64,000 bases of DNA. Source: Brumimicrobium sp. GTDB lineage: Bacteria; Bacteroidota; Bacteroidia; Flavobacteriales_D; Crocinitomicaceae. The stretch lies in assembly GCA_965659845.1 (NCBI GenBank), contig CBFHXS010000001.1, positions 12,034 to 76,033 on the forward strand, read 5' to 3'. Numbering within the stretch: position 1 is the first letter of the stretch; every line of letters begins with the position of its first letter. The notes beneath the pieces were generated by a model. The model did not search any database, was not told the DNA's origin, and saw only the letters and a list, made by a program, of their open reading frames with translations. Positions 9,420 through 19,045 of the stretch are shown in pieces. A program made the position numbers and the translations under genes.

Positions 9420-10990
9420 TCATTCTTCTTAGCTTCTTCTTGTCCTCTTGTGGTCAGGTTGGGACTATCACTGGTGGTCAGGTTGATGTCTCAGCGCCTA
9501 AACCCCTTCTTTCACAAGTTGAACCCCCAGTAGCTAGTATCAATGTATCTCCCAACAAAATAATCATCCCTTTCGATGAGTTTATAGCGTTAAACAAGCC
9601 TGCTCAAAACATAGCCGTTACACCTAAAGACGTGAGCCTTGACTACAGTATTTCAGGAAAATCACTCATTTTAGAGAGAAAGGAGGGACAATGGAAAAAA
9701 AATACAACGTACTCTATTTCTCTAAACAGAGCAGTAAAAGATATTACTGAAAGTAATGACTCAATTATGCTCTATGTGTTCTCTACAGGTTCATTTATAG
9801 ACTCCCTATCTTGCTCTTTTTACGTTTTCGACGCATACAGTAGAAAAAGCTTGAGTGACATTGAGGTTGGCTTATTTGTGAGTCCGTTACAAGACGATAC
9901 TTCTGATGTCAGACCACGATACATAAGTACAACGAATAAAAATGGAAAAGCGAGTTTCGAGTATCTTAAAGACAGTAATTATTACGCTTATGCATTTAAT
10001 GATGAAAACAAGAATAGTCGACTAGATCCCAACGAGAGCAGAGGAAGACTAAACCTTTCTTTTCAGCCAATTACTTTAGATAGTGTATTAGACACGATAT
10101 ATTTAATGCCCCCTGTAATCGATGACATACGTGTTTTATCAAACGAATTCCTCTCTCCAGGCATCTGGTCTATTGGTTTTAACAAGTCTATTAGTGAATC
10201 TCACTCTATTCAATATTTAGGAGATAACTTGCTGAGTTATAATTGGAATGACCAAAGAGATTCATTAACGTTTTACCTAAGTAACAAGCTTTCGGGTAAT
10301 GGCTCGTTCATTTTAAAAGCAAGGACTTCAGATACAATTACTAAAAGATTTTTCTTTAAAGAAGAGCCAGAACTCAAGTTTTCCCATAACCTCAGAAGAA
10401 ATAAGCTGCTATTCGGTGACACACTTACACTTACCTTTAACGATGTAATAGAGAAGATAGATACTGCGAACGTAGAGTGTTTGATGTCAATTGATTCAAC
10501 ACAAACAAAATTCTATCCATCCTTCAAAATAGTTGATGCAAATATGTTAAAGGTATACGGTTTCGATAGAAGCAACTCAAACCAAGTAAACTTATCCTTT
10601 CTACCCAATTCTATTAGATGCCATAACTTATCACATAAAGACACGATCAGCCTCGGTGGTAAGATTGGCCTTAAAAAGGATTTAGGCTCATTAATCGTTG
10701 AATTAGACACCGCAGTAGTAAACAGTGTATTAATAATTAGTAACGAAAAAGGCCAAGAAATCGCTAGGAAGGCTTTAGTAGAAAACAAAGAGGTAGTCTT
10801 TAAAAATCTAACTCCTGGGAAATATACATACTCCCTACTGTTAGACGAAAACAACAATGGCCAGTGGGATACTGGAAACATCTTTTCTGGAGTAGAACCA
10901 GAGAAAATACTCTGGTTTAAAAAGTCCTCAAGAGTACGTGCCAATTGGGATGTAAAGTCCTCACTAGATATTAGTTCAAAGTTAAATTAG
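9395..10990 (+). CDS. Ig-like (Big_5) domain lipoprotein
   Basis: Lipobox LSSC-GQVGTITGG, FDEFI, C-terminal D.NNNG.WDTG..PE..VRANWD signature. Probable ATG at 9395. Confidence 0.8.
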   Translation: MDRPTYYIIILLSFFLSSCGQVGTITGGQVDVSAPKPLLSQVEPPVASINVSPNKIIIPFDEFIALNKPAQNIAVTPKDVSLDYSISGKSLILERKEGQWKKNTTYSISLNRAVKDITESNDSIMLYVFSTGSFIDSLSCSFYVFDAYSRKSLSDIEVGLFVSPLQDDTSDVRPRYISTTNKNGKASFEYLKDSNYYAYAFNDENKNSRLDPNESRGRLNLSFQPITLDSVLDTIYLMPPVIDDIRVLSNEFLSPGIWSIGFNKSISESHSIQYLGDNLLSYNWNDQRDSLTFYLSNKLSGNGSFILKARTSDTITKRFFFKEEPELKFSHNLRRNKLLFGDTLTLTFNDVIEKIDTANVECLMSIDSTQTKFYPSFKIVDANMLKVYGFDRSNSNQVNLSFLPNSIRCHNLSHKDTISLGGKIGLKKDLGSLIVELDTAVVNSVLIISNEKGQEIARKALVENKEVVFKNLTPGKYTYSLLLDENNNGQWDTGNIFSGVEPEKILWFKKSSRVRANWDVKSSLDISSKLN

Positions 10991-11048
10991 TTCAATTTTG
11001 AAATACCAAAAAATACCGCTAATTTGCTGTATCATAATAATCTGACCT

Positions 11049-12962
11049 TTGCTAAAAAAATATTTAACTATACCTTTAATCCTATTTGCGATCTTTGTGA
11101 ACGTAACGCTTTGTGGGAATGCATATTCTCAGGAAGAATTAGACACTGCAAAAGTTTTAAAGCAATTAAGAAAAGCTAGTTCTTTAGTGGGCATCGATAA
11201 TAATAAAGTTGATGCGCACTTAAAAGAAGTGGAAAAATCGATTCAAACAGTTGAGGTTGACGGTAACGATAAAGGAGCAATATACAGCGTTGGCCAGTTT
11301 CACGCAATTAATGGATACCTTTTCTACAATAAAAACGCTCTCTCTAAAGCCTTGCAATCGTTTCGAAAAGCCGAGAAGCTTTTCGAAAAAACGGACTCTA
11401 ACACTGAGCGTGCCGAATGTTTAAACAATAGTGCGGTAATTTTAAACTCAATGGGTAATAATGTTGAGTCGATTAACAGTTACCACGAAGCTATTTCTCT
11501 ATATGAAAAACTTAATGATATTGAAGGCAAGGGTTATGCCTTTAACAATGTTTCACGAATATATAGACAACAAGGAAACTATGGCCAAGCCATGGAGTAT
11601 ATCAATCAATCTTTACAGATTAGTGAAGTTGTAAATAATAAAAACCTTGAGTCACTTTCTTTAAACTCAAAAGCCGGTTTATTAAAAGTAACAGGTGATA
11701 CTATTGGCGCTATTGGTACTTATCAAAAAGCGCTTTCCATACGAAAAGAATTGCTCGATAGTGTTGGAGTCGCATCCATATTGAATAATATTGGGTCAAT
11801 ATTAAAAGGGCAAAAAAAGTATGATCAAGCATTGAACTATTTTTACCAAGCCAAAGAGATTGCGTTGCTCAAGGGTTTTAAGGCCGGTATTGGTCACACA
11901 AACAGTAATATTGGTGAAGTTTATTTTAAGTTAAAGAAGTATTCTGTGGCTGAAGAGAATGGCCAATCGGCACTAGAGATTGCCGAAGAAATTGATTTAC
12001 TTTCATTAAAGAAACAATCTACTGAATTATTAAAGAAAATATACCAAGAAACAGGAAGGTGGAAAGAGGCTTTTGAAATGCAGGAACTTGTCATTGATGC
12101 CAAAGAGCTTATAGTAAATCAAGAGACTAAACAAATCGCACAACGCGAATCAATACGGTATGAATTTGAAAAAGAAAGGGCTTTAGATAAAAAAGAAGAA
12201 GAGCAGTATATGCAACTGCAAAAAGAGAAGAGTGAACGACAACAAATTTATTATATTTCTATTGCCCTAATTGCTTTGCTGCTACTTGTGTTGTTGTTTT
12301 TTGTTGTTAATAGATTGAGGTCCGCAAAAGAGCAGAATAAGTTGATTCTTAAGCAGAGTAATGAACGGAAATTGTTACTACAAGAGGTTCACCATAGAGT
12401 TAAGAACAATTTCCAAATCGTATCAAGTTTACTTCGATTACAATCATACTCTATTGATGATGACTCATTAAGAAACTCTTTTGAGGAAGCCGTAAGCAGA
12501 ATAAACTCAATGGCCATTGTTCACGATATTATCTATAGACAAGAGAAGTTTTCAGCTATAAATTCAAAAGAATACCTTGAAAAGCTTATAAAAACACTTC
12601 AAAAAACATCAGGTGACCCAAATATTGACATTATAATTCATACCGATCAACCAAAACTAAAGATTGAAACATTAATTCATTTAGGAATCGCTTTGAATGA
12701 ATTGGTAATCAATTCATTCAAATATGCTTTTAAGGACATTAATGAAAAACCAAAAATACAAATCTCACTAAACGAAGTTTCGAAGCATCGCTTTAAGCTA
12801 ATCTATCAAGACAATGGTATAGGATTAAACAAAGAGTTGAGCAAATCTAGTTTTGGTATGGAGTTAATCGAAACATTAATCGAACACCTAGATGGAGAGG
12901 TCGAAATAGAAAACTTAGAGAATTGGAAAACAACAATAACCTTGCACTTCAATGATAATTAA
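11049..12962 (+). CDS. Sensor histidine kinase with periplasmic TPR repeats and HisKA_2/HATPase domains
   Basis: Signal/TM segment, several TPRs, second TM, H-box LLQEVHHRVKNN, N-box LNELVINSFKYAF, DNGIG. Confidence 0.9.
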   Translation: MLKKYLTIPLILFAIFVNVTLCGNAYSQEELDTAKVLKQLRKASSLVGIDNNKVDAHLKEVEKSIQTVEVDGNDKGAIYSVGQFHAINGYLFYNKNALSKALQSFRKAEKLFEKTDSNTERAECLNNSAVILNSMGNNVESINSYHEAISLYEKLNDIEGKGYAFNNVSRIYRQQGNYGQAMEYINQSLQISEVVNNKNLESLSLNSKAGLLKVTGDTIGAIGTYQKALSIRKELLDSVGVASILNNIGSILKGQKKYDQALNYFYQAKEIALLKGFKAGIGHTNSNIGEVYFKLKKYSVAEENGQSALEIAEEIDLLSLKKQSTELLKKIYQETGRWKEAFEMQELVIDAKELIVNQETKQIAQRESIRYEFEKERALDKKEEEQYMQLQKEKSERQQIYYISIALIALLLLVLLFFVVNRLRSAKEQNKLILKQSNERKLLLQEVHHRVKNNFQIVSSLLRLQSYSIDDDSLRNSFEEAVSRINSMAIVHDIIYRQEKFSAINSKEYLEKLIKTLQKTSGDPNIDIIIHTDQPKLKIETLIHLGIALNELVINSFKYAFKDINEKPKIQISLNEVSKHRFKLIYQDNGIGLNKELSKSSFGMELIETLIEHLDGEVEIENLENWKTTITLHFNDN

Positions 12963-13819
12963 AATCTATCTAAAACTTTAGAGATGCCACCTAAATAGGG
13001 CTGACCAAATAGGTTAAGATGAACAAGGTTTGGATACATTTGTCCGTGAGAAGCTCGCTCCACCCAGCCTTGTTCTAAAGGGTAGACATCATTATAAGCC
13101 TGATAAAAATCATTTGAAAACCCTCCAAAAAGCATAGTCATTGAAATATCCATCTCCCGATGACCATAATAAACAGCCGGATCATATAAAAAAGGAATGT
13201 TTTTATTTGAAATAAAATAATTTCCTCCCCATAAATCCCCATGCAATAAAGATGGGCTCTCTGCTGGAAATAGGTCTTCTAGCTTAGTACAATATCGCTC
13301 TATCCTTTTAATGAAAGAATTATCAACTTTACCTTGGTCAAAAGCCTTTTTTACTTGCGTCAATATTCTATGTGTGGCATAAAAATCGGCCCATTTTTCC
13401 TCGTATGCATTGCTCTGATGTAGAAACCCTATGTAATTATCTTCTTTCCAACCAAACTTATCATACGAAACCATATGTTGTTTTGCTAGCTCTATACCAA
13501 GGTTTTGCTGACCGATTGATGTGTTATCTGACTTTTCTGCATACTCCATAATCAAGTACTGAAACTTACCTTCGGTGAAGCTCTTTATCGGTTTAGGATA
13601 GTAGGCACTGGTTTTTTCGATCATATAGTCCAATGCCGTTTGCTCTTTCTCAAGCATTCTTGGAAAACGATTGTTTTCATTTTTCTTTACAACCCACTTT
13701 TTTTCATTCACACGAATAACGAATACCTCATTTATGTCTCCCCCACTTAAATGACGATGAAACACCGGTACTTGAACTAAATCACAATGATTCCTTATTG
13801 CTTCAAGGTCAAACTTCAT
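12959..13819 (-). CDS. Fructosamine kinase family protein
   Basis: LSGGDIN, FGWKEDNYIG, PSLLHGDLWGGN, DPAVYYGHREMD. Confidence 0.92.
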   Translation of the reverse strand: MKFDLEAIRNHCDLVQVPVFHRHLSGGDINEVFVIRVNEKKWVVKKNENNRFPRMLEKEQTALDYMIEKTSAYYPKPIKSFTEGKFQYLIMEYAEKSDNTSIGQQNLGIELAKQHMVSYDKFGWKEDNYIGFLHQSNAYEEKWADFYATHRILTQVKKAFDQGKVDNSFIKRIERYCTKLEDLFPAESPSLLHGDLWGGNYFISNKNIPFLYDPAVYYGHREMDISMTMLFGGFSNDFYQAYNDVYPLEQGWVERASHGQMYPNLVHLNLFGQPYLGGISKVLDRF

Positions 13820-13831
13820 TTAAAATAACAC

Positions 13832-14437
13832 CTATTTATTATTCCAGTTTGACATGGTTTTTTGCAAACCTATTGTGGTAAATCCTTTGATGAATTCAGA
13901 AGCGGTTTTTATTCGTTCCGAAAGTTGATCCTTCTGCACATCGCTCCACTCACCCAAAACATAGTCAACTTGTTGCCCTTTATGAAAATCTTTTCCTACA
14001 CCAAAACGCAAACGCGCATAACTTTGAGTGTTAAGGGTTTCTTGAATATTCTTGAGACCATTGTGACCTCCATCACTTCCTTTACCCTTCATCCTTAGTT
14101 TGCCGAAATCCAAGGCAATATCATCCGTGATTACCAGAAGGCGATCGATAGGTATTTTTTCCTTTTGCAAATAATAGTTAACCGCCTTACCACTTAAGTT
14201 CATAAAAGTTGAAGGCTTTAAAAGAATAATGGTTCTTCCTTTCCATTTTGCAGTAGCAACATCACCTAATTTGACCGTTTCAAATTTAGCCTCTCGTTCG
14301 ATGGCAAACTCATCCAAGACCTCGAAGCCTATGTTATGCCTTGTATTATCATATTTATCTCCTGGGTTTCCAAGCCCGACAACTAAATATTTCATAGGGT
14401 CCTCTTTCTTTCGATTGAATAATTTTTGTAAAAACAT
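13832..14437 (-). CDS. pth: Peptidyl-tRNA hydrolase
   Basis: VGLGNPG..Y..TRHNIGF, KPSTFMNLSG, GGHNGLK. Start is ATG 14437 or 14395. Confidence 0.96.
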   Translation of the reverse strand: MFLQKLFNRKKEDPMKYLVVGLGNPGDKYDNTRHNIGFEVLDEFAIEREAKFETVKLGDVATAKWKGRTIILLKPSTFMNLSGKAVNYYLQKEKIPIDRLLVITDDIALDFGKLRMKGKGSDGGHNGLKNIQETLNTQSYARLRFGVGKDFHKGQQVDYVLGEWSDVQKDQLSERIKTASEFIKGFTTIGLQKTMSNWNNK

Positions 14438-14453
14438 GCTATGCAAAAAAGAC

Positions 14454-15623
14454 CTAACCTCTAGGGTTTGAAAATGTATTCACGTCGAAGCCCGTGATTT
14501 CATCATCACATAAAATCACCATACGCTCTACGATGTTTCTAAGCTCTCTAATGTTACCAGACCAATTTGTGTTTTTAAGCGCCTCCAAAGCATCCTTTGA
14601 AAACTTTTTGCGAGGAATACCATGATCAGCACATGTCATTGTTAAGAAGTGATCGGCTAATAGTGGAATGTCTTCAGGCCTATCATTTAAAGTAGGAACA
14701 TGAATAAGAATAACACTTAGCCTATGGAATAAGTCTTCTCTGAAGTTTCCCTCCTCTATTTCTTTTCTTAAGTTCTTATTTGTAGCTGCAATTATACGTG
14801 GTGTAACCTTGATGTTTTTTTCACCGCCAACGCGTTGAATTACATTTTCTTGCAGTGCTCGCAAAACCTTAGCTTGTGCGGAAGCGCTCATGTCTCCTAT
14901 TTCGTCCAGAAACAAGGTTCCCTTTGTGGCTAGTTCAAATTTCCCTTTCTTCTGCTTTACAGCGGAAGTGAAGGCTCCTTTTTCATGACCAAAAAGCTCG
15001 CTTTCTATTAATTCTGCTGGAATTGCGGCACAGTTCACCTCGATAAAAGGGTTTTCCTTTCGCGGACTATTATCATGCAGCGATCTAGCTACTAATTCTT
15101 TCCCTGTACCATTCTCTCCTGTAATCAAGACACGAGCTTCACTTGGGCCTACTTTAGCGATCATTTCTTTGATCTGCATAATTTCATCCGTATCACCAAT
15201 TATAGAAGACCCCTTAAAGCGCTGTACCGTCTTTTTTAATGTCTTTGTTTCCTCAACTAACGAAGACTTATCTTTGGCATTTCGAATCGTAACAAGAATT
15301 CTATTTAGGTCTAAAGGCTTTTCAATAAAATCAAACGCTCCTTTTTTAATTGCTTCGACTGCAGTTTCAATGTTCCCATGACCTGAGATCATTATAACAG
15401 GGCTTTCCAATTTTTCCTTTTGAATTTCTTCCAAGACCTCCATCCCGTCCATCTTGGGCATTTTGATATCACAAAAGATAATGTCGTAAAATGATGCTTT
15501 GGCTTTTGCAAGACCTTCTTTTCCATCCTCAGCTTCATCAACCTCGAAATCTTCAAACTCCAGGATCTCCTTCAGTGCTCTCCTGATACTTTTTTCATCA
15601 TCAATAACTAGAATTTTACCCAT
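14454..15623 (-). CDS. Sigma54-interacting response regulator (REC + AAA+), no C-terminal HTH
   Basis: Receiver DD/D/K, Walker A GENGTGKE, ESELFGHEKGAFTSA, Walker B LFLDEIG, WSGNIRELRN, then an early end. Confidence 0.9.
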   Translation of the reverse strand: MGKILVIDDEKSIRRALKEILEFEDFEVDEAEDGKEGLAKAKASFYDIIFCDIKMPKMDGMEVLEEIQKEKLESPVIMISGHGNIETAVEAIKKGAFDFIEKPLDLNRILVTIRNAKDKSSLVEETKTLKKTVQRFKGSSIIGDTDEIMQIKEMIAKVGPSEARVLITGENGTGKELVARSLHDNSPRKENPFIEVNCAAIPAELIESELFGHEKGAFTSAVKQKKGKFELATKGTLFLDEIGDMSASAQAKVLRALQENVIQRVGGEKNIKVTPRIIAATNKNLRKEIEEGNFREDLFHRLSVILIHVPTLNDRPEDIPLLADHFLTMTCADHGIPRKKFSKDALEALKNTNWSGNIRELRNIVERMVILCDDEITGFDVNTFSNPRG

Positions 15624-15708
15624 GTATACGAGATTAAGAAATTACATTCAAAAATAGTAAACTTAGGCGAAATACAATTGATATCTTTAAAGGCTAATAA
15701 GAAAGACC

Positions 15709-16638
15709 TTACTCAACAAGCTTTTGTTTTATCACATGCAGCACCTCGTAAGTTTCGGTGTTGTATAGATAAATGAGAAAGTGAAGGTTGTTTGGGTCTT
15801 CTCCAGCTGGAACTTCATAAGAATAATCCCTAACCAACTTAGTTCCTTGAGGGTCTTCTGCACTAAAAGTTGGTTGACCCCAAGGTTGATTATCTATACT
15901 GCCAATATGTACGTCTTTGTGCAAATAAAACTCGTTACTGGAATTGTCTGGCATAGTTTGCCAATCCGTTATAGTATCCCGAATAACATAAACAACCATA
16001 TTCATATTTACAGACTGTCCCACCAACTTCTCAGCCTCTACATGCAAAAACCCTCCATTCGTTGATTCGTAGAAATTAAAATCTGACTGTAAATTATATC
16101 TCAAATCGTTTTCAGATAAAATATTTGTAGTACGCGTTTCCCATGTACCGGAGAAATCAAACATTTTACCATCAACAACTCTGCGATTAACAGTACCCTG
16201 AGGGTTTCCTAAGAAGTTGAACCCGTTCAGAAAAGTTTCACCATATTCGATAACATCTGGATTGGTATGATCAGTACTGTAACTACCTGATTCTTCTGCA
16301 CTTTGAAAAGAAAGATTTGCACCTGGATCCACATGTATTGCTGCTACGAAAACTCGATCGGGGTTATTTTCATGAATAGTGTTTGCAATAACTCCAGCAG
16401 GAGGACAATTGTTGCATTTATGACCTGTATAATCCTCTAACAAGACGTTAACATCAGTATTGTTATTCGGTGCAAACTGAGGGTATTCATTCGCTAAATA
16501 ATCACTCCACACTCCAGGATAAAGGGTCGTATCGATTTCGATCTGCTCAGGGTAAGCATTCTCTACTTTATCACAGCTCATAATAAAACCGAATACAGGC
16601 AGTATAGCAACGACACGAATAAAATGTAATGTTTTCAT
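15709..16638 (-). CDS. Omp28-related thioredoxin-fold lipoprotein
   Basis: Lipobox IMSC, VLLEDYTGHKCNNCP, AAIH, GNPQGTVNR. Confidence 0.85.
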   Translation of the reverse strand: MKTLHFIRVVAILPVFGFIMSCDKVENAYPEQIEIDTTLYPGVWSDYLANEYPQFAPNNNTDVNVLLEDYTGHKCNNCPPAGVIANTIHENNPDRVFVAAIHVDPGANLSFQSAEESGSYSTDHTNPDVIEYGETFLNGFNFLGNPQGTVNRRVVDGKMFDFSGTWETRTTNILSENDLRYNLQSDFNFYESTNGGFLHVEAEKLVGQSVNMNMVVYVIRDTITDWQTMPDNSSNEFYLHKDVHIGSIDNQPWGQPTFSAEDPQGTKLVRDYSYEVPAGEDPNNLHFLIYLYNTETYEVLHVIKQKLVE

Positions 16639-16648
16639 AATTATAAAA

Positions 16649-18310
16649 TTAAAAACTATGCGTAAAAGTTACTGTTAATCCATTGGAAGCTGGAACAGGT
16701 CTGCACACTCCTCCCACACAAAACAGTCCTTCTATTTGACGACCGTACCCTGCTTGAAGTCGAGTGGCACCCCAAATTTTTCCTATAAAAATCAAAGGAT
16801 AATTGTAACGCTCTTCCTCTACAGGGTTTCCATAATTAGACTGTAAGATTGCACTAAAGAACCAGTCTGGTGAGATTGTATACTCGACAACCGCGGTGGC
16901 CCAGTTTCCACGATCTTTTTTATCAACAACCCACATTCCTTGTAGTTCAGCACGAATCGTGTTTTTACGGTTGATCTTATACTGAACATCCAACACCCCA
17001 ATATGTGATTCTATAATACCAGAAACATTGTTTACCAATTTAACAACATCATTGTTCAATGATATATTGAAATAATTCATTTTCATGGTCCACTTCTTAT
17101 TGAGTTTTCTTTTTATCTGAACGTTAATATCTCGCCAATAAAGCAAACTTGTTTTGTCAAAAAGCGTATTGGAATAGGTAACGCGAGAAGGATCATTAGG
17201 ATCGATTCCATTCGTTACCTGTCTAGGCTGATATGCCGTGGAGAAATTAAGCGCAATATCTGTCCCGTACTTTCCTCCAAGCTTGGTCCCTCGTTTTACC
17301 TTATAAATAATATCTGCTTGATAAGCGACTTCTCCTAGAGGTTGCGTAGCATATGGATATAGAGTTGCCACCAAATTATAAGTGTGTGTTTTCGTTAGTG
17401 GTGGAATGAACCCAATCATGGCATCCTGTAAGGTTGCATTTCGATCACTTCGAAAACTCATATTATCAATAGATTTCGCTGAAAAAAGAACACCGAGACC
17501 TTTTTGAGAGTATCCCGCATTCAGGATCATCCCCTTCCCATAATTATAAACAAAGTTATTATCCTGAGAAGGGTCTTGTTCTTTTATAATATATTCCCCA
17601 TTAATAAAAAACTTTTTATAAGCTAACTCCAATCGACCTCCATAAGAACCAACATTTTCAGGAAGGATATACTCATTGTTATTATCAGGCTCATACTTAG
17701 ATACATAAGACCCAGCTGCGGTTATTCTAAGCTTCTTTTCAGATAGTTTAGGAAACCATTCATTAAAATTCAACTCTAAGTCGGCTCCTCTTACGATTCC
17801 TGGGGTATAGGTGTTCCGTCCGTTCACAAATGAAAAGCGCTGTTTCCCATATACCGTTTTAAGCGTTACCCCTTTAAACGGGCGAAGGTTCATTTTAACT
17901 CCATTCATGGTGTTATCGAAACCAAGTGGACGATCTTCATACGCCCTAAAGATGAGTCCCGAACCAAACTGTTCGTAAAAATTACCCACAGTTATATCTA
18001 CCAAGTCGTTCTCGTACCCCAAATAACGATAACCAATTCCAGCGCCATCAAAACGGTCCGGATAGCCAAGAATTCGGGGCAGATAAGACTCAAAACGAAC
18101 ACCGGCCTTGAACCCTTGATTACGATAATTGATGTTCATATACGAATTAATCAAGGCTTTTTCAGGGGGCTGATTGGCATTAATTGCCTCGTCATCATTT
18201 AAGTATTGAAAAATAGTTTCCAGGTTACCAGAAACACTTCCCTGAGCCATTAACTGCTTACCTTGAAAAAAGGCAAGTGTTACTGCAATTGCAATAAGCG
18301 ATCGTTTCAT
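16649..18310 (-). CDS. DUF6029 family outer-membrane beta-barrel protein
   Basis: Signal peptide, TVGNFYEQFGSGLIFRAYEDR..GFDN, amphipathic strands, C-terminal GRQ..GLFCVGGVCR.VPASNG...SF. Confidence 0.82.
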   Translation of the reverse strand: MKRSLIAIAVTLAFFQGKQLMAQGSVSGNLETIFQYLNDDEAINANQPPEKALINSYMNINYRNQGFKAGVRFESYLPRILGYPDRFDGAGIGYRYLGYENDLVDITVGNFYEQFGSGLIFRAYEDRPLGFDNTMNGVKMNLRPFKGVTLKTVYGKQRFSFVNGRNTYTPGIVRGADLELNFNEWFPKLSEKKLRITAAGSYVSKYEPDNNNEYILPENVGSYGGRLELAYKKFFINGEYIIKEQDPSQDNNFVYNYGKGMILNAGYSQKGLGVLFSAKSIDNMSFRSDRNATLQDAMIGFIPPLTKTHTYNLVATLYPYATQPLGEVAYQADIIYKVKRGTKLGGKYGTDIALNFSTAYQPRQVTNGIDPNDPSRVTYSNTLFDKTSLLYWRDINVQIKRKLNKKWTMKMNYFNISLNNDVVKLVNNVSGIIESHIGVLDVQYKINRKNTIRAELQGMWVVDKKDRGNWATAVVEYTISPDWFFSAILQSNYGNPVEEERYNYPLIFIGKIWGATRLQAGYGRQIEGLFCVGGVCRPVPASNGLTVTFTHSF

Positions 18311-18341
18311 TATAAGTGTGTAGTGTTGTTAAAAGTATCTC

Positions 18342-18881
18342 TTATTTTTCCTCTTTTTCAATAAGTTCAAGAATGTGATCGTACAGTTCGTACTCATCAC
18401 CAGGTGCATAGTTATTGTGTGAATATACAATGTTTCCTTCACTATCAATCAAAAATGTGTGAGGTACATTATTAACCCCCATTGCTCTTTTAAACTCTCC
18501 ATTTGGATCTAATAACACTTGATACTCCCAAGATTTAGAATCAACGTAAGGAACAACTCTGTTTTTGGTTCTTTCATCATCCACAGAAACAGCGACTAAA
18601 CGAACACCTGTTTCGTCTTGCCAATCAATATACATGTCGTTTATGGTATTCAGCTCTTTCTTGCAAGGAGTACACCATGTTGCCCAAAACGAAATTATTA
18701 TTGGTTTCCCATCGTTTTCAAGACTACCTGTGTGGATTGTTTCACCCTCTGTGTTTTTTAATTGAACATCAGGTACTTTCTTATCAAGTAAGGTGTTGTC
18801 ATCTTCTTGAGAATATACTGCAGTGGTCATTAAAAACAAAGCCGCAAGTACTGGAATAAAAGTCGTTTTCATCATATACAT
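18342..18881 (-). CDS. TlpA-family periplasmic thiol-disulfide oxidoreductase
   Basis: Signal peptide, ISFWATWCTPCKKEL, VPHTFLID. TATATTTG element on the minus strand at 18928-18935. Confidence 0.92.
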   Translation of the reverse strand: MYMMKTTFIPVLAALFLMTTAVYSQEDDNTLLDKKVPDVQLKNTEGETIHTGSLENDGKPIIISFWATWCTPCKKELNTINDMYIDWQDETGVRLVAVSVDDERTKNRVVPYVDSKSWEYQVLLDPNGEFKRAMGVNNVPHTFLIDSEGNIVYSHNNYAPGDEYELYDHILELIEKEEK

Positions 18882-18993
18882 TTTTATAGTTTGGGTTTAC
18901 CATGCACAAACTGTTCCAAGTGCAAAACAAATATAAGGAAATGATGAAGGTATTGACTATCAATACCCATTGTATTCTTGGATTTTCAAATAC

Positions 18994-19023
18994 AAAAAAG
19001 GGGAAGACAGTTGTCTTCCCCTT
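18994..19023 (-). terminator. Intrinsic terminator of the 19046-20539 gene
   Basis: AAGGGGAAGACA/TGTCTTCCCCTT stem with a plus-strand A run on the left. Confidence 0.85.
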
Positions 19024-19045
19024 CAGATATCATTTCGTAAAAGAA

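Noticed and set aside
12959-12962. Convergent genes sharing a TTAA stop overlap (also 33080-33083)
   Set aside because: Common in compact AT-rich genomes; no evidence of a target-site duplication.
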